This document shows positions 27,001-40,596 of a stretch of DNA of 64,000 nucleotides, one piece after another. Where the stretch lies: assembly GCF_964355755.1 (NCBI RefSeq), contig NC_092670.1:9972201-10036200 (forward strand). The letters run 5' to 3'. This DNA comes from Antedon mediterranea. Taxonomy: Eukaryota; Animalia; Echinodermata. A model generated the notes under the pieces. That model searched no databases. It worked only from the letters and a program-made list of their open reading frames with translations, and was not told the origin of the DNA. The first letter of the stretch is position 1, and every line of letters begins with the position of its first letter. The position numbers were made by a program, and so were the translations under genes.

Positions 27001-28162
27001 ATTAATATTTAATTTCTTCAAATTGCTGTAAATATAGGTAGAGCTATAATAAGCATTGAATTTGCCTTCTCACACTAAGTGCTTTTTTGGTCTATAAAGA
27101 AAGGTTGTAAAACAGAAATCGGGCAAAAAGAGTGCGTATGAACGCTTAACGCGCAGTGCGCGTGCAAAAATCTGAGCACTCACAGCAATTCTTTAACCGC
27201 TTAAAATTGCCTGAAACTTATTGTAATTACATCAAAAATAAATTTTAAGCACGCATACGCATGCGTTATATGCGCTACAATTGTCTCAATACACTTAATA
27301 ACGTTCTAGAGCGTTTAGCTGGCTTTAACCATGTGGTTTTCTACCTCGAGCATAACCTTATTGGCTATATGGCAGTATTCAAGTAATTAAAATGTTGAAT
27401 AGCATTTAATCCGATTTACATTTAGGTAAAACTTAGGGTTCCAAGCATCATACAATAAGAAGATCGTTACGAATGTTATGAGGTATCTATATATAAATTT
27501 ACGTAAGGGAAAAATTCGGTAAATCGCGCCTTACTTCTAGAATGTTTACTCGATGGTATATAAAGTTGGTTCGTACTTTCGATACTGATTTCAACCACCT
27601 GATGTAACCCTGTTTACTAATTAAATGGAGTTCGATAATTAGTTATTGACGATTAAAACGAATTTAGGTTCAACGATTTGCCCCAAATAGGGGTGTTTTC
27701 CGATCGTGGTATACACTGTCCAATGCATGTCTATCTTGAAAAATACCCGCATACAATAATACGAGGATGCTTCGCATTTTCCTATCTCCTCCTACGATAA
27801 TTGTTTTTAATGGATGAAAACCGGTTGAACAGCTCGAGTACAGCATCATAATGTTGAAGACAGACCTATTTTCTTAAAAACATACTATTTTGATAGATTT
27901 AATATACATTTATACAAATGTATTGATTTCCGATGAATGGAACATTCCAATAATAAATCTTTGCTTTAACACAAGTACCACCAGCTGTAGGTAAATGTAT
28001 TGGCCCTTGGGGAATTAACCTAAAACCTATATATAGATAAGTATTGCAATACTTGGACATTACTGTAAATACGTATTAACATTTGTGGTCGCCATTGAAT
28101 TTACTGTGAGTGTGGGTACTGTTAGATGTATAACACAATCATGTACAAATAAACGTATTACT

Positions 28163-28634
28163 GTGAGTGTAGGCCCTACTGTTAATATGTAGAACGTACA
28201 ATATACAAATAAACTGTAGTACTGACAGTTGCTTCTCAACGTTTGTATTAATTAATAATTACAAAGAATATAAACGTTGTAGTGGTACGTGTATCGTTAC
28301 ATGTACTATGCTATTTCAATCGACTATGACAGTGACAGTTTTAACAAAGTATTAAGTTGCAAATGTGTTACTGTATCAAGTGGTATATTATTTATAGGCC
28401 TGTGAGTAGGCCCTACTGTTATATAAAACGTACAATATACAAATAAACTGTACTACTGACAGTTGCTTCTCAACGTTTGTATTAATTAATAATTACAAAG
28501 AATATAAACGTTGTAGTGGTACGTGTATCGTTACATGTACATGCTATTTCAATGGACTATAAGAGTGACAGTTTTATTAAAGTATTAAATCGCAAATGTG
28601 TTACTGTATCAAGTGGTATATTATTTATAGGCCT
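28163..28634. repeat. ~240-bp tandem duplication
   Basis: Near-identical units at 28163-28401 and 28402-28634. Confidence 0.85.
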
Positions 28635-28989
28635 ATCAAAGTGAAAAACATATTTCGTTACTGAGTAGATAAATAATATATTAAAACATTGTTCTTCTTT
28701 GTACCCATATCCTCTTCCCCATCCCTCAAAACTAATGTTACACACAAAACACAAATTGGGTTTGTTTAAATGAGTCCAAATAACAAATTTGGACTCATTT
28801 TGTGACAAGTTTCTCTTTCGGAAGTAATTCCCAGTGTGCTAATTTCAGTTTAATACATAAATCATCGTGTCTATTTATTCGTTTCTGTAAACAATAATAA
28901 CTATTATCGTCCTGCAGTACGTACATTAAAAAAAGCATTTTTTTTACGCTGAAATTACTGTGTACTCGAGAACCATCTGTGGGCACGAC

Positions 28990-29026
28990 CTAGATGGTAC
29001 GCGAGCTTAGCGAGCGTACCACCTAG
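28990..29026. mobile_element. Helitron/Helentron-like terminal hairpin ending in CTAG
   Basis: ctagatggtacgc...gcgtaccacctag; related end gagcgtaccatctag at ~10405-10419, with upstream sequence also seen at ~27650-27700. Confidence 0.4.
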
Positions 29027-30571
29027 TTTTAAAAATTTATATTATATAATATAAAAAAAATTTAATTTCAAATATTATCATTATTATTACTTACTGGTTT
29101 TAGTAGAGTTCTTTTAAGTTCTGTCTGAATGTTTGTCTTTTCTTTAATTTAAATGTACAATTACTGTATACATAAATGAAGTATAATGATCCCTACATTG
29201 TTATTTAGGATGTGGATAAAGATAATTATGTTATTATCTAAGTGCTATTAATTTTATGATGCCGTTCATTTGTGTTGATTATTATATTACTAAAAATATT
29301 ACTCTAATTGAGCTCGGGTGAGGTCTCTATTCATATCATTACATCTGCAGCTTTATCAGTATTATGAAAACCATTTTTGCCGGCATCCAGTTCTCTTACT
29401 AAATGTGGTACTTGGGCCGGTATTATTTCTTGCTCTCATTAATGCCGGCCCGATTGAAGATTCAAATAATTTGTCGACCCACTCTTGGTGAAGTTGTTCC
29501 CAGAAACTCTTTACCTATTACGTAGTCCCTTCTGGAAAATTTGAATGAATGGTGTTTGCTTATTTAAAAATGGCAAAAGATATACCAAATCCTTTAAAAA
29601 TTATAGACAAATTTCCTTCCTTTACTAAATTATGCATTCCCAACTTTATGATTATTTGACAGCTAAGTTAAATATTCTGAATTAATATCATCAATATGAT
29701 TTGCAAGGGTCACTCAACTGCTCATGCTGTCTTCTTAATAATACTTTTATTGAACATAGAGCAATATTAGCGTGAAAGCTCATATATATTGGTATATATA
29801 TCAAATAATTATTTGATTGAGAAATTTGTTTGATGTAATTAACCATTCTATTTGAAATAAGAAAATGCGACAATTATGGTATTAAAGGCACTCCTTTAAG
29901 CATTTGCTTCTTGAGTTAGTTGGATGGCAGAAACAATTTGTCTCTATCTAATAATTTAAATCATCGACCGAGGATATCACTTGTGGGTGTCTTCTCCCCC
30001 CAATTTTATTTTTACGTTAATGACCTGACTAATGTCAGTGAGAAGTTTAAGTGATATCCTTCGCCGACGATACTACTATTTTATTCATCTTCTTGTTGAC
30101 ATTTTATTTAATACTTTTAATTATGAATTGTCTAAATGTAATGACTGGTTTCTTTAAATTCTAAATTCTTATAAGATTTAGAAGCTCATGATGCTCTTGA
30201 TTGACTAATAGAAATTCCTATGAACTTACACCAATATCAAAGAGAAGCTTAGAAACTGAACGTTGATGAAGTCAATGATGATTTAAGCATTTCTGACAAA
30301 CAGATTGCATCAGACCAAAATTGGTACCCACTTTTCATTATGCCTCTCCTCAAATGGTGGCAACTGTCAAGATCTTAGTTAGGCCAGATCCTTTTTATAA
30401 TTTTTATCAACGACTAAAGGCCAACTCAAACAGCTGAATACCGACGAGACTTGAGATAGCGTCAGGCGCAGTATTTAGGTCGTCGCGATAACTTTAAACT
30501 TGTTTTATTTCTCCCACGTGGCCAAGTTATCATAACTTTCGTTAGGAGAGTAAACAGCACATGTTGAAAGC

Positions 30572-32050
30572 CGTATCCGGATTTTCACCCCCTGGACATT
30601 TACCCCCCGGACAACTACCCCCCGGACAACCACCACCTGGACCACTACCCCCTTAGGACAACTACCACTTTAGGACAACTACCCCCGGACAAATACCCCC
30701 CAGACAACTACCCCCTTAGGACAACAACCCCCTTAGGACAACTACCCCCTGGACAACTACCCCCCGGACAATTACCCCCTAGGAACAATTACCCCCCGGA
30801 CAATTACCACCCAGAAAACTATCCCTTTAGAACACCCTAACCACCCAGACCATTCAACAACCTGACTCTGCAACAGTGTATAATAGGAATTAATAACTAT
30901 ATTTTAATTTTTATACTTTGACGAATTACTATTCATTATTGTAAACAAAAGTAAAAGATTGAACATAAATATAGCCTGGTATAAACTGAAGATTGTCACA
31001 CATGATCATAGGATAGTCGAACGTATTATGTACTCCCTGTATTTACTGTAAAGACTTGGTTCGCTAATAATAATAATCATTTTTGCGTCAGGACAATGCT
31101 TCGATAACCACTGGTCTTAAAAGAATTAATTTTTGTCTCAAATTTGTCATATATGTATTTTTGTACACTTGAAGAATAATATCACTTTTGATATTTGACC
31201 TCAATGTTCACTCACCGAATAAACGTCGATCTTTAAATAAATTCCCCTCAAATAAACGGTGACCATGTCACTCCCATGAAACATCATATGGAATAATCGT
31301 CGTCTATTTCCATTAGATTATACCCCCTCCCATTGAATAAACAACTTTCTTCCAATAAATGTCCACCTAAAAACCACCTAAACAATAAACAGCCCAGGCC
31401 GTTTTTTCAATAAATACGGTACTTTAAATCTAGCACATCTAAGGTCTAGCGTGCTGTTAAACAGAATAATCGGTTAAAAACGGGTGTTTCGAAACTAGAG
31501 ACCCGAGACCAGAGACCAGAGACCCAATACGAAAAGGGAGACCCACGTACAAAAAGGGAGACCCCACTATACGAAAAGAGAGACCACACTATACGAAAAG
31601 GGAGACCCTAATATACGAAAAGGGAGACCCAAATATAGGTCTCCCTTTTCGTATTGGGTCTCGTGTCAGGTCTCTGGTCTCGGGTCTCTAGTTTCGAAAC
31701 ACCCGTTAAAAACAGATGATTTCATTTTTACAGAAACCGGTCCTATATTTGTCTACTTTTGGAAGGGGGGGGGGGTAGTTGACCTGACCGGGGGGTAGTT
31801 GACCAGGGGGTAGTTACCCGGGGGGTAGTTATCCTAAGGGGGTAGTTGTCCTAAGGGGGTGGTTGTTCGGGGGGTAGTTGTCCGGGGGGTTGTTATCCTA
31901 AGGGGGTAGTTGTCCTAAGGGGGTAGTTGTCCGGGGGGTAGTTGTCCTAAGGGGGTAGTTGTCCTAAGGGGGTAGTTGTCCTAAGGGGGTAGTTGTCCGG
32001 GTGGTAAACATCCGGGGGGTAACTGTCTAGGGGGTAGGTGTCCTAGAACC
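30572..32050. mobile_element. Mutator/foldback-like element with long modular inverted repeats
   Basis: Arrays of ggacaactacccc (30590-30830) mirrored by ggggtagttgtcc (31770-32045); 9-bp TSD gttgaaagc/attgaaagc. Confidence 0.75.
31482..31704. mobile_element. Mutator-like MITE nested in the foldback element
   Basis: TIR gggtgtttcgaaactagagacccgagaccagagacc, perfect 9-bp TSD gttaaaaac, internal tacgaaaagggagaccc repeats. Confidence 0.8.
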
Positions 32051-32568
32051 ATTGAAAGCAGTTATTTTTGTGTTTGAATTGTCAGGGAGTTGCATAGGAT
32101 TTTATTTCCTTCGTTATGTGATAATGAATCCAATAATGTGGAAAAGTTGATTTTGAAGGAATTAATTATTTTGTACGAATTTCTGATTTTTTTCTCGACG
32201 GAAAGGGGATTCCCCTCACATACTGCTTGTGACGTCACACACTGCAATTCCTACCTCTTTATAATAGAGGGCGCTGTTGGCCTTAACTAAACCACCTGTT
32301 TGTTAAACAGATGTTGCCATGACGTATGCTATTGGGTATGTATTTTAAGACAACAAACATCACAAATGAAAGAACAATAATAATATTACAAACAACACAT
32401 TAAGTTCTTAACTTAACTAATTCTTCTGGTAAAAACCTAAAGTTACTAAATCATTTAAAATGTTGTGTTAAGAAAAGAATCTCTTGCACTATTTGCTGTG
32501 TCAGTAGGTAAAGTAATTTCCAGTATAGATTATCTCTGAATATTTTTTTCAATTACTATTGTACATAG

Positions 32569-32845
32569 TTAAAGTTCTCCCTTTGGTGCTCTTTTAACCA
32601 TCATCTGTGTAATCTTATGGCTGTATTTAGTTCCCTTGAAATGATGCCACAATATATACCTTTGTCATAATTGGCAGCTGCAATTGTACCTGGTGTAAGG
32701 TAAGGGCCATTCAGGGATAAGTGGTAACAATTTTTAAACCACCAACCAGCTTGGGAGTTTTTGGCACAGTTCTTACTAGACGTTCCATCATTGTCTCTGT
32801 CTTATGTTGAAAACGGTCTGTCCTTATGGTATGCCATAGAGTCAC
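32569..32845 (-). pseudogene. Orphan FReD terminal exon (pseudo-exon)
   Basis: tag acceptor, then GDSMAYHKDRPFST*DRDND..KNCA..AGWWFKNCY..LNGPYLTPG...(frameshift)..WHHFKG..MMVKRAPKGEL*. In-frame TAA at 32802-32804; frameshift near 32655. Confidence 0.85.
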
Positions 32846-35800
32846 CTACCAAAAGAAAGATCAAGTTTGAGACATTTTTTAAGTTTAGGTTTTGTTTCGA
32901 ACTTGGGTTTTTAGGTGTTGTTTCACACTCAGGTTTTTTAGACTCTGGTTTGAGTTTTTTTTCACACTCTGGTTGCAGCACACCCAGGTTTGAGTGAACG
33001 CTTAGTTTAAAGTAATATTTTAGTATTTTTATTTAATTATTTTGTTTTTATTTCCCTCAAAGCTTTTCCAATTCCTACCACTGAATACATCCCTGATAAA
33101 ATTAATTTGTAATGCCTTCACCTGCATTTCCTGTGTACCCACTAATTCTGAGACCTTGCTTGTCTTGTTTGTTTCCATTTTGTGTTTAGTAGGACCGGTC
33201 ACACGTACACACGATACAATTAATATCATTTGCGTTCATTTCATAGTGGGCTTCGTAGCTTCAATATTTAGTTCGTTCCGCCATTCTAGTAATGCATGCC
33301 ATCAGATCTTGTGCAATGTGTTTAAAAGTGAGTTTTTTAGTTAGAACTGAACATTTAAAGTCGTTTTTGTACCTGATTTTTTATTTCCATTTTCTATAGG
33401 ATAATAAATAAGCTCTTTCGCAATTTATATTTTTTTACATAACTACGATAAAGAACTTTCAAGGTCACTTCATTTTTAAAATTGAAAGAATGGATTTGCA
33501 GGCAGTATTTTATTTACATGTACCATGAAAAAAATTCCTCCCCTAAATTTAGCCTCAAATTATGCTAGAACGCTGCTGCGTCCGGGGACTTTAGTCCTGA
33601 CTTTAGATCCTGTCACCACCAGTGCTTGGGTACAGTACATGTCTCAAGTTCTTTCCCAGCAGTCAATGTCCTTATCATTTAACCAGTCGTATTTCTAACA
33701 TTATTTTTATTATCCTTTAAATGTGATAATTGCAAAGGAAACCCTACAGTATGTGGGTATTCATTGATTATTTTCACTACAAGGTACAAAGGGTGTATAA
33801 GGCCTTAAAAAAGTAAATTCTTTGTTTACTTGAAATATGTTTTTAGTGTAAAAATGGATTGAAGATATACTAACCTAGTTAGTTAGTATTAGGCTAGGCG
33901 TTTTAGCCTTGCTAGGCCTAGGATTGTTTGGTCGTTTGTTGACATAATTAACACTAAAATAGGTGTGTTTATAAAATCCATATAAATATAACATTTAATA
34001 TAATATTATTAAAAAACAAATGAAATGTAGGCCTTGGCTAGGACTACTATTTATTTGATTCAAATGACAGGAAGCTATTTAGATGTAAAACAAATAATGA
34101 ATGTTTTATATTCGTGTAATGGTACAAATAATGGCATTTGATGAATGATAAAATGTTAAATATCAACTCGGCTTATTGTATGATGCTTTAAAACCTAAGT
34201 TTTACCTAAATGTAAATTGGATTAAATTGAACTATTCAACATTTTAATTACTTGAATTCTGCCATATAGCCAATAATTGCTCTAGGCAGTAAAATAGCTC
34301 GCATTTAAATTTCTAAATTCTCCAGCATGTCAGTTAATACATTTTATATTAAGTGTGTTGAGACGATTATTTACATGTGGAAAATATTTGTCAAAGCAAA
34401 TGGCTGGCCGGAGAAATTAACTTTGTTTTACAAGGGTAGCTCTAACAGCTGTACTTGCTGCAGTACAGGTGTCTTACAGAGGCCCTCTTAAAAACAATAC
34501 AAAATGCCTACTACATTCAAGCATCAAATTACAAGCAGATTCATAAAAGTTAAAATTCACACAAAAACAATTTAGAAAAGTTTAAATTCATTGAAGTATA
34601 ACAATTTAAAATATAAAACTAGATTTAATTTGTCACTATGACGAATTATAGGTTATATGCATTGATTTAAATAAAGATAATTGATTTTTAAAAGATATAT
34701 TAATTGATTGATTTTGTCAAAACCATATACCATAAGCCATATAGTATACACTTGAATAAAACAATCCGATCAAAGATCCCTCCGCTTATGTCATAAACCA
34801 CCCTTACAGTACAAAATAATAAACACATTACTTTTTCACTAGATTTCATTATAAATCATGCTTATTATAATTTATACACTGAATAAACAATACAAATATT
34901 AAAAAAAAATTGTCTTTCATTTCGTTTCCCAACGTGAGACTTGATCTCGGGACCTCGACTGCTATAGACGGGATCACATGAGACCACCGAGCCATGTACA
35001 CCTGAATAAAAGTTGAAGGAAGATTCCTCCGTGGATTTAGTATGCAGTAACTACTTAGGCGCAGATAGATTATGACATACCGCAATGAATCATAAGTTTT
35101 TACAATGATGGCATCTTTAAAAATAAAAAAAAAATTCACTGTCAAAGTATATATTTCCAACGTTAATATATGAAAATTTTTAAGAAAAATGTTAATGTTA
35201 AGTTTGTTATTTCGGTCGAAGAAAATGTCATAGTTTGTTTGATTGTCAACATTTTTATTTTTTAATTTAATATGCAATTAATGATGATGTAATCAACTTT
35301 TTTTCTCTTATTCTCTTATTTTCATAAATCATACATGTGATAAATACACTTTAAGAAAATGAATTGCAAAATAGGGGTTCCCGAGCATTTTGACGATCTA
35401 TTTAGCATATTTTCACCATTTTTTTTACACCTGTCACTTTCGACATGCTCGTATAACATGGTTTCAAGTTTTTTGATTGCGCATCGTAAAAAGATAATCA
35501 CATCGATTCCTGACCATAAGGAATATTCTCTGAAAAAATGACGTACCTAGATGAAATTGATCCCAAGATAATTGATGAACAAAATAGTGCTAAGGAAAGA
35601 ATAAATAAATACAAATTCTGACAGAATCAATAAGGTTATATGCATGAAAATGCATATAACCTAGAAATATGAAATTCTTCATAAAAATAAAATTTTGCAT
35701 AAATGAGTCAATTTTGGTGAATTTCCAAACAATTAAAATGATCTTGAAAGAATTTCATTTAGCTTCGATTTTGTATAGATGACAAATTTCGTTTTTGTAA

Positions 35801-37218
35801 AAGCACAAGTTAACGGAGTACTTACTCGAACGTTTCGATCTCTATCAGAGATCCTTCTCAACTGACTGCGGAGTGTTAATGCAGCTTGGTCATTCTTGAC
35901 GTCATCTGTTGATGACGTCGTACGCCTCCAGATCTTAAGAGAAAAATGGGTGGTAAATCTGTCTAGTAAGTTGGTTAGTGAGGACGAAATATCAGCATTA
36001 CAAAGGAGATTGAACTATGCGGCGAGCCCACGATCCATGCCCATTGACGATCTCATAGTAGCGGCTGAAAAAGCGGCTGATCTCGTCCCCCTGGAAGAAC
36101 AAGATACCGTTCGCAGTAAAATTGTAGCTATTGTAAAATCTACCACTCTACCACCTTCAAATTTAACCCCCAAAGAACGAAAGGCCATAAACAACTTGAA
36201 GAAAGATAAATATATTCTTATTCTCCCAGCGGATAAAGGTAGATCTACTGTCATCCTAAATACTAATGATTACAAAGATAAAGTGGGAACCATGGTGAGC
36301 GACACTAATGTTTACGAACTGATAAAACGTAATCCAACACAAAACTATAAACGAAAAGTGGTCAACATCATAGGCAGGTTGTTCAAAGAAAAGAAAATCA
36401 ACTACAGAGAGAAAGAATGGCTGTTTCCCACGGCTGAAATTGTACCTAGGTTGTATTGTCTTCCGAAGATAGATAAACCAAATTGGCCATTAAGACCTAT
36501 AGTAGATAACATCAACACCGTTTTTTACACCGTTGCACAATTCCTCACCAAAATCCTGGGTCCGCTTGTCGGAAACACAGAACATCATGTAACTTACTCA
36601 GGAGAGTTGACGAGTGAACTAAAAGAAATAATAGTCAAACCAAGTGAAACATTTGTCTCGTTTGACGTAGTATCTCTGTTTACAAAAACACCAGTAGAAG
36701 AGGCCCTCAAAGTTGTCGAAAATCGCCTAACAACAGATCCGACACTTCTGGATAGAACTAAACTACATGTGACAGACATAATGGAGCTCCTCGGTTTAAT
36801 TGTGAACAAAACCTATTTCTCGTTCAATGGTAACATTTATAGGCAAATACAAGGCATTGCTATGGGAAGCCCAATAAGTCCTATATTGGCGAACTTGTAT
36901 CTAGAGTGGCTCGAACATCAAGCCATAAACACGGCACCCACTAACATCAAGCCTGTGTATTGGAAACGATACGTTGATGATGTATTAGCTATCGTCCCCA
37001 TAGGTACAGTACATACATTTAACACACATCTTAATAACATCGATATAACTGACAATATCAAGTTCACCACAGAATCGATGACAAACAACACAATACCTTT
37101 CCTGGAAATGCTCATCACACTCAATGACAATGGAACAGTTACCACCTCAGTCTATCGGAAGCCCACTCACACAGACCAATATTTACATTTCAACTCACAT
37201 AATCCACTCGAACACAAA

Positions 37219-39734
37219 CTAGTAAACCAAAATACCCGACCTTCCACAAACGCTAATGATGGCTCACAGATAGATCTCGTGTTCTCAAACACGGGATCCT
37301 CAGTAAGAAATATAAGCGTCGTTGACAATCCAGTCGAGAGCGACCACCATGCAATTGAATTTGATATCGATTGTCGTCTCTATTTACCAACTACATCCAC
37401 AATACGCTCATTTATTAAGTGGAACAGCGGTGACTTCCATCATCTAAATAATCTCTTGCATTTGGCACCTTGGAGTATGTTCCTTAACGAAAATGACGTA
37501 AACGCTTCATGGAGTGGCTTCATGGACATTATTGATGCCGCAGTTCGCGATAGTTTCCCGAGGGTCAAAAGCAGAGCACGTAAACAGAGCAGTCCATGGA
37601 TAACTAAGGATATTAAACGTATGATTCAGAAGAAAAAGAAACTTTTTAAAAAATCTAGACGCTCTGGCATACAAGAACACTGGGATGCTCACAAGAAATG
37701 GCGAAACAAAGTTCACTATGCCATCAGGAAATCATATAAGGATTATGTAAACAATCTATTCAGATCCGCTGACAATAAAAAACGTTTTTTTTGCGTTTGT
37801 GAAAGACAAACGTTCATCTTCTTTACCCAGTAAATTTATTAATCCAACGAATAACTCTTATTACTCCAACATTGAAGACATTGTAAACGGTTTTAATCGA
37901 TATTTTACTTCTATTTTTAATGATGTTAACGTTCATTTTAATTTTAACGAACCTCCCCCCTGTTCTCTTAAAATCCCTGTACTTGCTGATATTTCATTTA
38001 GTCCGAATGATATAATTAACACCATATCTACATTTCGGTCTAATTCCGCTCCTGGACCAGACTTAATATCAGTCAAATTACTCAAGCCGATATCGCATTC
38101 AATTGCCTATCCCCTTTGGTTGCTGTATCGTACTTCTCTTAATACTGGTACTGTGCCCAATGATTGGAAATGTGTAAATACTATTCCAGTTCATAAATCT
38201 GGCGATAAGGCAGCGATAACTAATTATAGACCAGTGGCCCTTTCCTCATTGGTGTGTAAAATTTTAGAGAAGATTATCGTAAATAACATTAATAACTTTA
38301 CGTATGACAACGGTTTACTTAACCCTAATCAACATGGTTTTGTCAAACATAAATCTTGCGTAACTCAACTCAATAATGTTACCTATCACTGGTCAAAAAT
38401 TCTTGACAAACGTGAGCCAGCAATTATTGATACTCTGTTTTTAGACATGAGCAAAGCATTTGATAAAATGCCCTTCGACATCTTATTAACAAAAATTGCT
38501 GTAAATTTTAATATTCAAGGTAATATCTGGAAATGGATATCTTCATACTTGACTGACAGGAATCAGAAAGTTTGTTTCAGGGGGGCTACTTCTTCCGTAC
38601 TTCCAGTCACATCGGGTATACCTCAGGGCAGTTGTCTTGGTCCAATTTTATTCAATATGTTTGTGAACGATGTTAATCATAATGTTTCTTCTGAATGTTT
38701 TCTTTTTGCAGATGATATAATACTATATAGACACAGATAAAATGCCAACGATATTGTTAATTTGCAAAATGATATAAATATTTTATCTAATTGGGCTGAT
38801 AAGAATCAAATGAAATTCAATGTCAACAAAACTAAATTAATGCATATCACCAGAAAGCGTAACTTTGTTAAGCCGTTGTACTTTCTTAATGGTGAGACAA
38901 TTGCGGTGGTTAATAGCCATAAACATTTAGGAGTACATATCGATTCTAAACTGAATTGGAATGTTCAAATCGATAATCTAATATCTAAAGCTAATCGAAT
39001 GTTAGGCTTTATTTTTTCTGTAGCCGGAAATTGCTCTCCAGACGCGATTTCGTGTCTGTACAAAACTTTGGTGCTACCTATTCTAGAGTATGGTTTGCCG
39101 GCGTGGGGCCCCAGAAATGGAGGACACATAAAACGCCTCGAACAGGTTCAGCGACGGGCCTCTAGACGTATTCTGGGACCCCACTGCGGACCTATATCAT
39201 ACGACGAACGTTTAATAACTTTGGGTTGGTTATCCTTACGTGATAGACGTTTAATGATTTTAATTTCCTTTATATTTCGTTGTTTTTATAATGTAACTTT
39301 TTGTAGTACTGTAAATAACAATATCCATATCAATCAACGCCATCCTGAATTACTCACATTTGTCCACCCTTTTGCACGTACCGATACTTTAAAATATTCG
39401 TCTATCAACAATTTTCCTGTTATATGGTCATCACTACCCTCCATAATCAAAGATCAAGCAGTTACTCTTCCTTTGAAAAATTTCCTGTCGAAATTGAAAA
39501 AATATCTGCTTGATCAACGCTAAATTTATTTTAATTGTATAGGAGTATTTTAAATTGTGTAACACAGTAATACAAATTAATTAAATTTTTTATATATTCT
39601 GTATATTTTATATTCATTTTTAACTTGTATTAAGTTGTATGTTACAGGGATTACGGACACAAATGTGTTATGGTGCTCTGTTGCTGTCGCAATCCCTGGA
39701 CCGCTTGTTGTCGAATAAAGAAATGAAAATGAAA
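37219..39734 (+). mobile_element. 5'-truncated CR1-group LINE inserted in the Penelope RT
   Basis: End of APE domain (IDLVF..SDH), RT motifs PGPD, NYRPVAL, QHGF, DMSKAFD, GIPQGSCLGP, FADD. One frameshift near 37790, nonsense at 38738; aataaa + (gaaaat)n tail. It splits the Penelope sequence HNPLEHK|MGLINTL. Confidence 0.88.
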
Positions 39735-40554
39735 ATGGGGCTTATAAACACACTTGTGGACAGAGCTGAGAAGGTAGTGGGAGATATGGATTTGAGGAAA
39801 GTTGAGATGGATAACATCAAGAAAGCGTTACACAACTGCCAGTATCCAGAGTGGTCCTTCCAGAGAGTTATGGAAAACCGAAAAAGAAAAAAGAACAAAG
39901 GACACGAACCACAGAAAGAAAAAGATCAAGATGCGAGGTAGCATAGGAATCCCCTATGTAAAAGGAATGGCAGAAAGAATACGACACACTCTCTCCTATC
40001 ACAATGTCGAAACCTATTTCCTACCCCAAAATAAAATCAAGAATAGCCTCGTCCACCCAAAAGATAAAATCGAGAAGATGGATACATGTGGAGTAAACTA
40101 CGAAGTCACCTGCCGCAACTGTCCACAAGTTTACATTGGGGAAACAGGGAGGGCATTACAAACACAAATTAATGATCACAAAAAAGATGTTACAACAAAC
40201 ACGGGGGGAGTAATGACTAGGGCCTCCAGAACATCCACATCTTCGATCATACACAAATCTGCCATTACAGAACATGTCATAAAACACAATCATGTACCGA
40301 ACTGGGAGGCTACCATCTTAATCAAAGAGCCTAAACGCAAAGACAGACAGATTAGAGAATCATTACATATAAGGAGAAATAAAGAGAAGACCATGAACCG
40401 GGACACTGGAGCCCACAAACTCTCGCATTTGTACAATGATTTGATAGACACATCACCTGGCCGAGCCCCGCACAACCTCCAACATACAACCGGAGGCGTA
40501 CGACGTCATCAACAGATGACGTCAAGATTGAGCAAGCTGCATTAACACTCCGCA

Positions 40555-40596
40555 GTCAGTTGAGAAGGATCTCTGATAGAGATCGAAACGTTCGAG
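40555..40596 (+). ncRNA. Hammerhead-like motif (U3-A8 variant) in the Penelope pLTR; inverted copy at ~35825-35866
   Basis: TTGAGAA-g-gatctc(tgata)gagatc-GAAA-cg-tt; stem I is weak. Confidence 0.55.

Noticed and set aside
29380-30440. Stretches that look like decayed coding sequence
   Set aside because: Only a tiny LINE-like motif (ILFIIFIND) is visible; nothing assignable.
30590-32045. Regularly spaced repeats resembling a CRISPR array
   Set aside because: No unique spacers, mirrored as inverted arms with a TSD, eukaryotic context, no cas genes.
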